A stretch of DNA of 64,000 nt. Source: a virus. The notes beneath the pieces are model-generated. The model searched no databases. It worked only from the letters and a program-made list of their open reading frames with translations, and was not told the DNA's origin. Both the position numbers and the translations under genes were made by a program. Below are positions 29,293-39,973 of this stretch, one piece after another (positions within the stretch are counted from its first letter, which is position 1; each line of letters opens with the position of its first letter). The stretch is taken from the IMG/VR virus record IMGVR_UViG_3300027419_000023; one strand, given 5' to 3'.

Positions 29293-30512
29293 TATACTAC
29301 CTCAGTATTACCGATAGAATTAATATCAAATTCTACGTTTTCATTAATATATGATTCCATTTTTATTATATCATCAAGTCTTATAATTCTAAGTGTTTCC
29401 GTAGGATATTTTTCAAGAAAAGAATTTATTTTATATTTTGAATAATCGTCCATCCAACCTTTAACTTCCCACCAGATATTATAATTTTTTATATAAAAAT
29501 CCGGATGATATAAATGATTATCAATATTAAAGGACTCTGGTTCGTATTCCCAATCAAGATTTAATGAGTCTAAAACTTTAGCAATTCTCACTTCATATGA
29601 CGATCTTAAGTATATCTTTTCTCCTTTTTTAGAAACGAACCAACATCCATTTCCTCTACTATGCATAGGATGGTTTTTATATATACCATCTAACCAATGT
29701 TGAAAAGCTATATCAGATAGTTTTTTATGTTGTTCTTCTGAATGCATTATATCAAGCATTCGTTCACGATTTTCAGGTATGCTCCAGAACTCTTTACTTT
29801 TTTCAGATATCAGTTGTTTTGTTTCTGGTGATCTAGATTTCCCATATATAGGATTATCAGGACCAGTTAACACACCACTACGATTTTTGGACATCAATTC
29901 TAATGATTCCTTAGTATGTTTTTTACCGTAGAACGGATTCTTTTCTCCGACATATCGGCCTTTCATACTAATGGAAAGTTTTAATTTTTGTTCATCAGAC
30001 ATCGGCTTTCCGTAGTTTGGATGGTTTTCTCCAGACATTATTTCTGTAAAATTTCTCTTATTTTCCAACGATTGATGGGTACCATATGATGGATTATATA
30101 TTCCCATTACGGCTTCTGAATGATCTCTAATAGGAATTTCAAATCGTTTTAACCAATTTCGAATCATTAAATCATCACATGATGCGATATCAGCAATTTT
30201 TTGCATGGACTTATGTTGAGTGATATATTGATCTTCTAGCCATTCTTTGTTCGTATATATTTTTCCATCATGTTTCTTAAGCCATGCTTTTGAAATTTTT
30301 TCCTTTGCCTCGACGGAGATTTTACAACCTTTTCTTGATCTTCCATCAATACCAGCCAACCTCATATATCTTGAAACCGTATCATAACTAACATTAAGGT
30401 TGTTAGCTATAGTAATAATATCTTTTTTCAAAATTACATATTCATTATATAACCAATCTTTATTATTAAGAAGTTGTTTAATATTAGTTGGTATACGAAC
30501 CATGAAAATCAC
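29292..30512 (-). CDS. NUMOD3-repeat PD-(D/E)xK homing-type endonuclease
   Basis: GExNPxYGK repeats; RSSYE, YEP, PDFYI, EVKG. Confidence 0.8.
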   Translation of the reverse strand: MIFMVRIPTNIKQLLNNKDWLYNEYVILKKDIITIANNLNVSYDTVSRYMRLAGIDGRSRKGCKISVEAKEKISKAWLKKHDGKIYTNKEWLEDQYITQHKSMQKIADIASCDDLMIRNWLKRFEIPIRDHSEAVMGIYNPSYGTHQSLENKRNFTEIMSGENHPNYGKPMSDEQKLKLSISMKGRYVGEKNPFYGKKHTKESLELMSKNRSGVLTGPDNPIYGKSRSPETKQLISEKSKEFWSIPENRERMLDIMHSEEQHKKLSDIAFQHWLDGIYKNHPMHSRGNGCWFVSKKGEKIYLRSSYEVRIAKVLDSLNLDWEYEPESFNIDNHLYHPDFYIKNYNIWWEVKGWMDDYSKYKINSFLEKYPTETLRIIRLDDIIKMESYINENVEFDINSIGNTEVV

Positions 30513-30571
30513 TCAAAAAAACGAATTTATTATCATTATAACTATTATTATAGTATTTAAATGTATTGGTC

Positions 30572-30901
30572 CTATTCTTTTTTATCAAAGTATTTAGTCT
30601 TTTTTAGTGTTTTCATGACTTCGGGCTCTATGCTTTTCAGGATAGTTTCGAGCTGCCGATCAAGGTCCTTAGTAGTTGAGAAGCTATCTAGGGTCATGTT
30701 TTGTTTAGGGGATTCTTCGTTTTCATCAGAATTAGATATGTTTCCCCAATTTTCGAATATAACATTATCATCTTTATCGTATTCGATTATGCGAACCTGA
30801 GTTGCCGTATCCTTTTCCGTTTCGTTATTATTTTCATCTATATATACTATATCTGCCCTAATCCCGCCGTTAGGTGTTTTACTGTCAATATGTTCTATCA
30901 T
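30572..30901 (-). CDS. Hypothetical protein
   Basis: TPNGG...IIEYD; coupled to the upstream peptidase gene. Confidence 0.6.
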   Translation of the reverse strand: MIEHIDSKTPNGGIRADIVYIDENNNETEKDTATQVRIIEYDKDDNVIFENWGNISNSDENEESPKQNMTLDSFSTTKDLDRQLETILKSIEPEVMKTLKKTKYFDKKE

Positions 30902-32559
30902 TTAGATTTCCTAGACTTTTTGTCAGCATTTATTCTAGCTTGCATCGATGACGGCTTGTCCCGGTTCAATGGTAATCCACTATTATAGTGCTTGTCGAGA
31001 ATATCATATCTATTAGGATAAGAGACTTTCATTAAATCTGGTTGATTTATGAACATCTCTACTGAATCTGCATAATCTTCGTGATTACTCTTGTGCAATT
31101 TAGCATAATCTGTTATAAATCCTTTTTTATCGTTTTTCATTGCAGAATTCCATTCTGTTCCGTCACTATAATAATCCCATCCTACATTATCGTCAGTATG
31201 GCCAGATTCGTGTGCTATTAGTTGAGTAGTCAATTTCTTCTTTTCACTACTAGAAGAATACAAATTTATGTTATCATCACCTGCGGATCCAGCAGACTTA
31301 AAGTTCACGTTCAACTTGTTAGACCAATATTCGTCATCTTTACTTTTACCATCTACGATATTAATACGTGATACGTTACTTCTAAGGGTATCGGGCATTA
31401 ATGACAGAATTCCATATACTTCTTTTACGTCGTATACTTGATTTTTTGGATTGTCAGGACTATAAATGACAACACCATCATCAAATTCATGGATAGTTGC
31501 TTTGATTTTATTTTTACCATTTATTATATAATCTTTCTTTTCTGAAGATACTACATGAGCATCATATGCAGTATTAATAATTTCTTCTTTTATGTTTGAC
31601 AACTCTTCCCTGTTATTTTGCATTTCGGAATATGCTAGAGATATTTCTTTTTGTTTATTATTTATTAATTTAGTATCCTCTGCATCATAGGACTTACTTA
31701 TTTTACCGGCATCTTTTAGTATCTTTGACAATTCTTCTTTTTTATAAGTTTCTGTTAGCCCATTCGAAGTTATTGTTATGTCATTTTTGCTAACTGAATC
31801 AATATAAATATCGCCTATACTTTCAGAATTCCATGTTTCTCCTGATGCCATAGAACTTACAGAATTATCAAACGATTTATTTTTATATTTTTCTTTTGCA
31901 GAGGTCTTTATCTCCATTAATTCTGAGCCTAGTGTATCAAGTTTTTTACGATCATTTACCTTTTGTGAAATTTCATTGTATTGTATTTTTAGATTTTTAA
32001 ATTTTTCAACTTTACTATTAGGTTGTATTTTCTTGCCGTTTATGTCTAATCCTTTCTTACGTAATGCATCTCTAGCCATATTTGCTAGTAGTTCGTTTTC
32101 AGGTGACGTATCATTAGCCGCTTTTACCATATTTGAGGTTGTAGCATCTAATTCGTCTCTGGGAATATTATTAGAATCTTTTATATTATTACTTTTAGTT
32201 GTTTTTAATTTATCAACAGCCAGTCGTAATTCTTTATAGGTTTCCTTGCTAACTTTACCGGATGCTAACTCGGATTTAGCTTTGTCAATTAATGATCGAA
32301 CATCCTTTACGTTTTCTAATAGTATTGGATCCTTGATTTTGGCAATCCGTTTTTCTGCTTTACTAGAAACTTTTTCGGCTCTTTTACCACGTCTTTCGTC
32401 AACTCCTTTTTGTTTTTCGGCCTTAAGTTTTTGTTCGGTTTCGAAATTCTTTTTAGCTTCTTCCTTGTTCTTACCACAACTGAAACCTTCTCCATATTTA
32501 TCTTTTGGGCACTTATAGTTTAACTTTTGATAAAATGGAATAATATCCTCGTATCTCAT
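30898..32559 (-). CDS. Tagged coiled-coil protein with C-terminal zincin-like peptidase
   Basis: N-terminal KLNYKCPKDKYGEGFSCG; HESGH...TDYA...EDYAD...YPNR. Confidence 0.78.
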   Translation of the reverse strand: MRYEDIIPFYQKLNYKCPKDKYGEGFSCGKNKEEAKKNFETEQKLKAEKQKGVDERRGKRAEKVSSKAEKRIAKIKDPILLENVKDVRSLIDKAKSELASGKVSKETYKELRLAVDKLKTTKSNNIKDSNNIPRDELDATTSNMVKAANDTSPENELLANMARDALRKKGLDINGKKIQPNSKVEKFKNLKIQYNEISQKVNDRKKLDTLGSELMEIKTSAKEKYKNKSFDNSVSSMASGETWNSESIGDIYIDSVSKNDITITSNGLTETYKKEELSKILKDAGKISKSYDAEDTKLINNKQKEISLAYSEMQNNREELSNIKEEIINTAYDAHVVSSEKKDYIINGKNKIKATIHEFDDGVVIYSPDNPKNQVYDVKEVYGILSLMPDTLRSNVSRINIVDGKSKDDEYWSNKLNVNFKSAGSAGDDNINLYSSSSEKKKLTTQLIAHESGHTDDNVGWDYYSDGTEWNSAMKNDKKGFITDYAKLHKSNHEDYADSVEMFINQPDLMKVSYPNRYDILDKHYNSGLPLNRDKPSSMQARINADKKSRKSK

Positions 32560-32561
32560 AT

Positions 32562-34199
32562 TTATTCCTCGTAACCGGCAAGTAGTCCTTCGGCTTCAGA
32601 TAGCAAGCTATTTATATCTTCTGGATTCTCTTCAATGGTTCCTTCTTCCCCGAAAGCTGGTAGTTCGCCCATATTTTCAGGTTCCTCGCTACCACCGAAC
32701 ATGCCTTCCATTCCAGGCATTCCACCAGGTTGCCCTCCTGGGGGTTGTTGGCCGCCAGTTCTCCAGATGTTAAGTTCTCGTTCCAGCACCTCTCTTTCCG
32801 TCAACCCGTCCATCCAGGGTGCTGGGTCTAGTGCAGGTAACCCAACTTCTATGCGGGCCTCATTGAGTGTGGTAAGATGTAAGTTAAATTTCTGTAGAGC
32901 AAGACTCTCGACTTTCTGTTGGTCTGGCGGGATCAGATTCGCCCAGTCCATTTCAATCCGGTAGCCCTCGTAACCATTCAGCTCTAAAAACTTATTCCAA
33001 AGGAGGTTCTCGAACTGGATGCTACACAAGGACTGCCAACCCTGGACCATCATTTTCAGGAGTTCCAAAAGGGGCGAAGATGTCGTTGAAATCGCTTGAG
33101 CTGCAACTTCTAAAATATCCCTGGGAAAAATATGATAGATGGCTTCCTTGATAAGGTACTGGTCAATTTCCGTGGGATTGAACGGAATCGAAGGTCGCTC
33201 CCATTGCAAGTTGATGCCTTCGGGGACAGCTACGGCAAGATCTGAATTTTGGTTTTCTACTACGACCCGAGCCATGTCCCAGAGGTCAGTGAGCATTACG
33301 TCTGCTGGAGTCGTAGTCGCACCAGGTACCGCGCTCGTAACACTCAATGGTATCTGGTTGGCTTCTAAGGCCTTTAAATAAGATTGAGGTATACCTACGG
33401 TCGCAATTTGTTTCGGACTTCCAATTCTGGTTACCGTCTGCATGACTCTCTTGCGCACGAATTCCAATTGGGCTATTGTCGACGTGATACCTGCGAGGTA
33501 AGGCTCGCCGTCCACATAGCTTGACCTTATGTCCTTAATATGTATGAGTTGTTCGGTAGGGATCTGTACGGGTACCCCAGTAGAACCATAAGGATCTTGC
33601 AGTTGCCAATACTGGTATTCATTGGATGTCTTGTCGAAAACAATGCCCTTAAGAATGTTACCGACGACGTAACGAGTTCGGTCTCCAATTGCTCCGGCTG
33701 GAGCTTGCCGAAAAGACTGGGCTGGTAATCTCTGCACGACGTCTGGTACAACATAGCCATCTTCGTCTTCCTTCCAGGTCAATTCGAAAATAGCACTGCC
33801 GTAGGTTACGACGTCGTACATAGCTTGAGAGCACATAATAGTTGTACGCAGTCGACGCTCAATTTCCTCCAGCTTGATTTTAAGTTGCTTGTCGCTATCC
33901 TCGTCGGGTTCCGAATCTGCTGGCGGTATAATATTGAACTCGAACCAAGGAAACGCAATAAGCTGTAGCTGCCATAGGGATCGAGCTACAGGAGGAGCAC
34001 GAGCCGTCTGCTCTAGTAATTTGACGTCGACTCTCCTGCCTGAAAATGTAGTATTGATATTCGGGAATGGGGCTCCAACCGGTCCAGACTTCTTGCTTTT
34101 GTTGGTTGGGTTTGCTCCAATGTCTGGTTTTATAGCCTTCTTTCTGCCCTTCTTAGGTGGTTTAGCAATATTATCAGTAATGAATGTATTTTCTGTCAT
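32562..34199 (-). CDS. Portal protein
   Basis: YGSAIFEL, IPTEQLIHI, TLNEARIEVGLP; position upstream of MuF and protease. Confidence 0.85.
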   Translation of the reverse strand: MTENTFITDNIAKPPKKGRKKAIKPDIGANPTNKSKKSGPVGAPFPNINTTFSGRRVDVKLLEQTARAPPVARSLWQLQLIAFPWFEFNIIPPADSEPDEDSDKQLKIKLEEIERRLRTTIMCSQAMYDVVTYGSAIFELTWKEDEDGYVVPDVVQRLPAQSFRQAPAGAIGDRTRYVVGNILKGIVFDKTSNEYQYWQLQDPYGSTGVPVQIPTEQLIHIKDIRSSYVDGEPYLAGITSTIAQLEFVRKRVMQTVTRIGSPKQIATVGIPQSYLKALEANQIPLSVTSAVPGATTTPADVMLTDLWDMARVVVENQNSDLAVAVPEGINLQWERPSIPFNPTEIDQYLIKEAIYHIFPRDILEVAAQAISTTSSPLLELLKMMVQGWQSLCSIQFENLLWNKFLELNGYEGYRIEMDWANLIPPDQQKVESLALQKFNLHLTTLNEARIEVGLPALDPAPWMDGLTEREVLERELNIWRTGGQQPPGGQPGGMPGMEGMFGGSEEPENMGELPAFGEEGTIEENPEDINSLLSEAEGLLAGYEE

Positions 34200-34230
34200 A
34201 GTAAGTAACCTGGAAGTAAATTACAATAGT

Positions 34231-34283
34231 TAATCAAATAAATGGTATGTGCTAGTTTTACGTCTAACCAAAAAGTATTTAAC
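34231..34283. promoter_or_regulatory. Late motif for the portal operon (minus, 34231-34264) back-to-back with BRE-TATA (plus, 34267-34283)
   Basis: GACGTAAAA-N13-TTTATTTGATTA; ACCAAAAAGTATTTAAC. Confidence 0.78.
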
Positions 34284-34306
34284 TACCTAAAAAGATACAA
34301 CTTATT

Positions 34307-34540
34307 ATGATGTGGAACTTCAGGAAAATGGCATTACTAATGGCTGCATTAGTAGTTTTCTTGGTACCGTGCGTATTCTGGGCAATAATATGCAGTATTC
34401 TATCGTTGGATCCAATAGTAGCATTTCTCGGAGGATTCATAGTAGGATTCATAACCATTATGAATATAAATGAAGCATTTAAACAAATCTTTATCCAACA
34501 TTACGAGTGGTTCGAACGTGGCTGGATCAGACTTTGGTAA
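34307..34540 (+). CDS. Small 2-TM membrane protein
   Basis: Hydrophobic helices; first gene after the TATA promoter. Confidence 0.6.
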   Translation: MMWNFRKMALLMAALVVFLVPCVFWAIICSILSLDPIVAFLGGFIVGFITIMNINEAFKQIFIQHYEWFERGWIRLW

Positions 34541-34713
34541 CTAATATAGAGGTGAATAAAAATGGATAATTGGGAAATTCTATTGTTAATAGCTGCCGTA
34601 ATGAATATAGTTGTCGCGTTTGTATTGCCAGGTTTTGAAGGTGCAGCTAATCTACTAGTAGGACTCGCATGCTTAGTAGCATACATTATTCTTGAATGAA
34701 CATGGAGGTTGCA

Positions 34714-34917
34714 ATGAGAGCTAGAGATATTAAGCCCGGGATGCCAGTATTATTGGGAAGTAGGTATTTTCCGAACGAAGTACCCGGCATCGTAATAGGA
34801 ATTCCATATAAAGTTGGCTACAGTCGCATATCCAGATGCGATGTAATGACCTATGATGGCGTTAATATAACAGCTAGCGTACGTAATATATCAGTATGCG
34901 GTCGTCGTTCCTTATGA
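34714..34917 (+). CDS. Small SH3/KOW-like paralog A1
   Basis: MRARDIKPGxPV...GIV...VMTxDG. Confidence 0.6.
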   Translation: MRARDIKPGMPVLLGSRYFPNEVPGIVIGIPYKVGYSRISRCDVMTYDGVNITASVRNISVCGRRSL

Positions 34918-35144
34918 AACTACGAGAATGTAAGATAGGGCTACCAGTAAGAGTAAAATCAGTATATCATTCTCATCCACTCGAAGGCTTTATATACAGA
35001 ATAGGGAAATTAGAATTACCTCAGAATAGTTGGGATGATACCATAAAAGTAGTTTACGTTATGCTAACAACAGGTGATCATATTACAATGAGATCCTTAA
35101 GTCGACTTAACCCCATCCAGAGGAATGGTCATGAAACCACATGA
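34914..35144 (+). CDS. Paralog A2
   Basis: MKLRECKIG...GFI...VMLTTG. Confidence 0.6.
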   Translation: MKLRECKIGLPVRVKSVYHSHPLEGFIYRIGKLELPQNSWDDTIKVVYVMLTTGDHITMRSLSRLNPIQRNGHETT

Positions 35145-35319
35145 ATGCACGCCCGGTAAAGCAATATACCATAAGTATGATTTCTATGCTATAATCGCAA
35201 GGCAGACAAGGATAAGTAATATTACCGGCAAATTGATGATTAGAGTAATAAGAACAAATGGATCCGAATTCTGGGCATATCCAGAGAGTATGATCGATAT
35301 GGAAATGGTTGAGAAGTAG
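35131..35319 (+). CDS. Paralog A3
   Basis: MKPHECTPG...VIRTNG. Confidence 0.6.
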   Translation: MKPHECTPGKAIYHKYDFYAIIARQTRISNITGKLMIRVIRTNGSEFWAYPESMIDMEMVEK

Positions 35320-35431
35320 TGACTCGGAGCATATATGTTAACTACTGGAAAATCTATATATGTTGTTCCTAAAGGGCCGCATCCAGATGGCTTCGTAACT
35401 AGACTTATTCATCCTTGGGAGAGGTAATTCC

Positions 35432-35722
35432 ATGAGAAAATCTGATTGCAAACCAGGAATAGCAGTGGATATCAATACGAGTATTTGGGTACCACGTTCT
35501 GGTACTCGTTACTATGACACTTATAGACTTAGGCTAGATGACCCATCCGGCATCATAACGAAATATCGTACTATAGAAACTATGGGCCGGAACTATCACT
35601 ATACTATTGAGTTTGGCAAACGTAAAAAGATCTATCAAACCGAATGCAAAATCGGCGTAATGTTAACCACCGGAGATCTAGTTTATGTCTTTCCTAATGA
35701 GATGACTAGGAGGCAACCATAG
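35432..35722 (+). CDS. Paralog A4
   Basis: MRKSDCKPG...GII...VMLTTG. Confidence 0.6.
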   Translation: MRKSDCKPGIAVDINTSIWVPRSGTRYYDTYRLRLDDPSGIITKYRTIETMGRNYHYTIEFGKRKKIYQTECKIGVMLTTGDLVYVFPNEMTRRQP

Positions 35723-35907
35723 TGGACATATCTGAATGTAAACTAGGTTTAGCAGTAATTCATCGAGTTGGAGTAGAAGGAATTATAGTATCATTACCAA
35801 AGAAACGTAATATGAATATGCATCATAATTTATACTCGGTTGATATCATAACAACAGAAGGATTTCGCGAAATGTCCTTCTTAGAAAACTTATCACTAAA
35901 AAAATAG
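35722..35907 (+). CDS. Paralog A5
   Basis: MDISECKLG...GII...IITTEG. Confidence 0.6.
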   Translation: MDISECKLGLAVIHRVGVEGIIVSLPKKRNMNMHHNLYSVDIITTEGFREMSFLENLSLKK

Positions 35908-35916
35908 GTAAATGTT

Positions 35917-36105
35917 ATGCAACCAGAAGACTGCAAAATAGGAACTTCCGTGATATATCGTGGCATAATAATCCATGATATAGCAGGATTTATAATAAAA
36001 TTGCCATATTATCCAGAATACGATAAAATTAATTTATTTGTAAGAATAATGACAGTATGCGGTAATGATATAGTAGTGAGAATAGAACGTCTGGAAAAAT
36101 TATAA
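35917..36105 (+). CDS. Paralog A6
   Basis: MQPEDCKIG...GFI...IMTVCG. Confidence 0.6.
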   Translation: MQPEDCKIGTSVIYRGIIIHDIAGFIIKLPYYPEYDKINLFVRIMTVCGNDIVVRIERLEKL

Positions 36106-36178
36106 ATTTGGTCCATCCGTATGAATTATTACAATATCGTTGCAGTCTGATACGAGTAGAGCTATGTTATCAGGTACC

Positions 36179-36526
36179 TTACTTTTCCGTATAATGATCC
36201 TGATAATCTAAAAAGCTATGATAACTCAGGATTGATTCTGATTCTTTTATAATAGTTACTTCCATTGCTTTCTGCAAAAGTTTATCGTGGTTTTTCGCAT
36301 AGCGTTTAATTAATGTTTTTATTTTATAATAAGATTTTCTATTCGGTTTTAATCCATAGTACCTATTATGTATTCCACAATGGCATTTATGGCAAACATC
36401 TAATGTATTGTTATGAATACCGGTTAACATATTTCTTGGTATAATATGATGTCGCTCTATACTATTATGTTCATCTCCGTACGTGCCGCATATGAAGCAT
36501 ATTTTAGGACTTATTATTGTCGCCAT
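36179..36526 (-). CDS. Small HNH endonuclease
   Basis: CFICG...HHIIP...N...CHKCHCGIH. Confidence 0.8.
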   Translation of the reverse strand: MATIISPKICFICGTYGDEHNSIERHHIIPRNMLTGIHNNTLDVCHKCHCGIHNRYYGLKPNRKSYYKIKTLIKRYAKNHDKLLQKAMEVTIIKESESILSYHSFLDYQDHYTEK

Positions 36527-36604
36527 AGCATCACTGGTAGTTATATGTTGTCTGGGAATAAATACTTTATGGTCGGGTATAAAAAATAAAAAAAGGGAAA
36601 GCAG

Positions 36605-37255
36605 TTACGGTCCAGCGGTCCATTGTTTCATGACTAGGTATTTCGACTGTCCATTCTGCGATCTTTCCAGTGAGGATAATCTCTGCTCGATGATAGCAAC
36701 CCGTTTCTGGAGGGCATATATTCTTTCTGCTAATGTTTCTGGGATACTGTACAGATCATCAGAATATTTGCGGGCCTCTTCTTGTCGCTTCTCGATGGCA
36801 GATAGTCGCGCGTCTGTTTTTTCATTGAATTGGTTTTGGGGCGTGTTGATCGGCGGAGCAAGATGCTTGGCAACTTCTTCCGGCGTAAGTTTTCTCAAGT
36901 TATCGGCTGTATAAAAAGCTGTTTCATATCCGCTATAACAATCTACGCAATTTCGAATGCCGCCAAAGCCGAGAATATCTTGACATTCATGAGGACCGTT
37001 AGTTATGCAAAACACATTTTTTTCTTGAAATTGAGAGAAATATGTTGGCGATCCAATTATCTCAACCCAGTCACCGACCTTCAAACTCGGTACTAGCTCC
37101 AAAGATCCCCAAGGAAACCAAGGTAGATCACGAGTCGAAAAGTATATATCGTCGCGCTCAGTGATTTTAAATCTTTTTCCGATATGGGCATTACTACCGC
37201 ATCTAGTTGGTCCTGTCACAACTACTTCGTCTCCGATATTGAAATGCACTTTCAA
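36605..37255 (-). CDS. Hypothetical protein: two KOW/SH3-like repeats plus coiled coil
   Basis: FNIGDEV / LKVGDWV repeats. Confidence 0.6.
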   Translation of the reverse strand: MKVHFNIGDEVVVTGPTRCGSNAHIGKRFKITERDDIYFSTRDLPWFPWGSLELVPSLKVGDWVEIIGSPTYFSQFQEKNVFCITNGPHECQDILGFGGIRNCVDCYSGYETAFYTADNLRKLTPEEVAKHLAPPINTPQNQFNEKTDARLSAIEKRQEEARKYSDDLYSIPETLAERIYALQKRVAIIEQRLSSLERSQNGQSKYLVMKQWTAGP

Positions 37256-38699
37256 ACCTCCATGTTATTGTAAGTTCGCTTAGTTTAAATACTTTTTGGT
37301 CAATCAGATTCTACTAGGGCAATCAATATTGCAAAGATCAAAGCAAGTATTCCTGCGGCTACGTGGCCTATGTAAAAACAACCAACCAGTCAGTGCTATC
37401 ATTCCCAATGTTATAAATGGCATTCCCATACTTATTCAACCTCCTTAACCAAATATGTGATTCCACGTCCTTTCCAGCCATTCAACATCTGGAGTTTATT
37501 GCGAATGAAATGGGCTTCCCATTCCAGCCAGTATCTCCCGGGAAGTATCTTAGCTTCGGATGCCTCCTCGTCGTTATAATACCAAATGATTATGAACATG
37601 GAAATCCTTGAAAAATATTAGTTAGGTTCGTAGCACTACCGGAAGTTCACTAGCAAGTATTGCAAACCTAACATCGATACGGCTACTCCAATCCATCTTG
37701 CCCACTATTTATCACACTTAATAAATGCAGCCATCCCAACGTAAAATACAAATATTGCTATTAAATTTTCCAAGCTAATCATTCTAATCTCCTCCAATCA
37801 TTGGCTCGGTATTGTTCTTTACTAGGTCCAGTAAAGCCGCATACTTTTTCTTAGCTAGTTCGGTCTTCTCGGAACCAAGCTCTCCTTCCAAGACTCTTAC
37901 TAGGAGCTTGAGCAAACAAATTTCCTGTTCGGCGTCTTTCAACGTGTACTTCTGGTAGTGTAGCCTCTTGCCGTACTTTTCGCAAGGCTTATAGGTCACG
38001 TATGGAACCAGGTCCTTTTTCAAGGCATCAATTTCGGAATCCTTAATTCGGATTTCAAGTTTAAGACCACGTATTTCGTTTTCCAAATGGAAAACTTTCC
38101 TTGTATTGAATATGTCCATGTCAGGCCTCCTATTTTCAAGAAAGAAAAGAACTGCAAACGCAGTCCTTACCTTCTTGGTTTGTTTGGGCACTCTACTATA
38201 AGTACTACCTGTACTTAAAGCTTTTGGTACTTTTGCTCTTCTAACATCATTATTATCTTTGCGATCTTTCGAGCATTATCGTTGTTTCCGGTTATTCTTT
38301 CGTCAAGTGCATGCTTTTCCAAACATGATATGATATTATATAAATCATGATCGGTTATTTTAATAGTCATTTCGATTGGTGGGATTGGTTCCAAACGATC
38401 TAAACGCATTTTTAAAACACTATGGTTGATGTAACCCATTTCAATATCACGTCCGTTTATAACTTAGTAAGTTTCAAACTTTTGGTTACTTACCACTTAA
38501 TTTATCTTCTTGATTAAATTTTCTTAGTATTTCTAATGCTTTGCGATTTATGATTTCAGTTTGTTCTTGTTCACGAACTATTCTATCTAATTCTATTACT
38601 CCTAGTTCCATGTATGTCATTGATATCACTAAGTTATTTCTTAGCTATAAGTATTTAAAGCTTTTGACTAATGATACTGTAATTATTTCTTTTTCTCTC

Positions 38700-38965
38700 T
38701 TTTTCTTATAGTAATATATATTACTATATATTACTTATATTACTATATATAGTAGTAATAGTAATATAGTATATAATATATATAGTAATATAGTAGAATA
38801 AGTAGCTAGATACAGTATATATAGTAATATAGTAGTTTTATTAGTAAAGTATTTTTGTTTTTAATAGGCTAAGTAGAGAGAAGTACCCTATTGTTAGGAC
38901 TAAATATTAAACGAGTAGCCAATAACGATTTCTTCAAAAACTAGCAAAAATAGTAATATAGTTAG
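38700..38965. repeat. Second AT-rich block with TATAGTAATATA repeats
   Basis: Several 12-mer copies in both orientations; inverted match to 9713-9735. Confidence 0.75.
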
Positions 38966-39907
38966 TTTATACCTGAACGTCCTTTGATATCTTATGTATT
39001 AGGAAATCGTGACGGGTTTCAATTACTTCCGTTTCTATTCCTTGAGACCTCATGTCCTCAGCAACATCATGAGCGAATCTCCATTCCTTGGTATTGGTCA
39101 GTTCCACTTCGATAGTCCCGAATCCATACCGAATGCTATAAAATATTCCCCATGGATCTAAGATTTCCTTCTGGATTCTGACAGATGAGAATCCCGGCGT
39201 TGGGTCTGCGATCCAAGGCAATTAAATCACCTCAGAAAGCTTGCCAACTTCGCATACGATTACTTCTTCCTGTTTGTAGAGCGGACCACGAGCTATGAGC
39301 AGCTTGGACGCGAAATCTCCGAAGTTCTTTCTGGCCAGGATATCCGAATACCAGATATCTTTTACGAAACGATAAATCGCTAGTTCCAAGTTGCTAGTGG
39401 AATGTACCGAAAGTCCTGGAGATTCGAAACCAAGTTCGTTTGACTTCCATATGGCGTATTGCATAATCTTAGGCGATGTTACCATTCAAATCATCCCGAA
39501 TTTCTCTTTTAATGCCAACAATCGTTTATCGGTTTTCTCCATGAGTATCGAGCATTCCTCTTTTGTCATTGCTCGTTGGTGATCCATTACAAACATAGTA
39601 GCATCGTATGAAGTCCATGCAACAGATAACGACTTTTCTAGTTCCTTTATGTAATCGGTTACTGGGTTAGCGGGCATCTCAGGCCACCTCACCGTGAAAT
39701 TTTTTTGCGATCACAAATGCTAGATCGATCCCAAAAGTGGGAATGAAACCTCTCATCGAGATCCGGAAACCTATTTCATCCATTGCCATATCTTTCTCGT
39801 TCGGAAAGACTACATGAAATCTTCTCTGAGGCTCTCTGGCAAGGATTGCTTTTGCTTCTTCGTATTGCATCTTATTTCACCTTCAAGTACTAATAGTACC
39901 TACGAGA

Positions 39908-39950
39908 ATAAATAGTTTTTGGTCGAGCTACTAAGCCAAATGTATAAATA
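39908..39950. promoter_or_regulatory. Divergent BRE-TATA promoter pair
   Basis: Minus ACCAAAAACTATTTAT; plus GCCAAATGTATAAATA. Confidence 0.65.
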
Positions 39951-39973
39951 GTAGTAAAAACTAAACTAACGTT

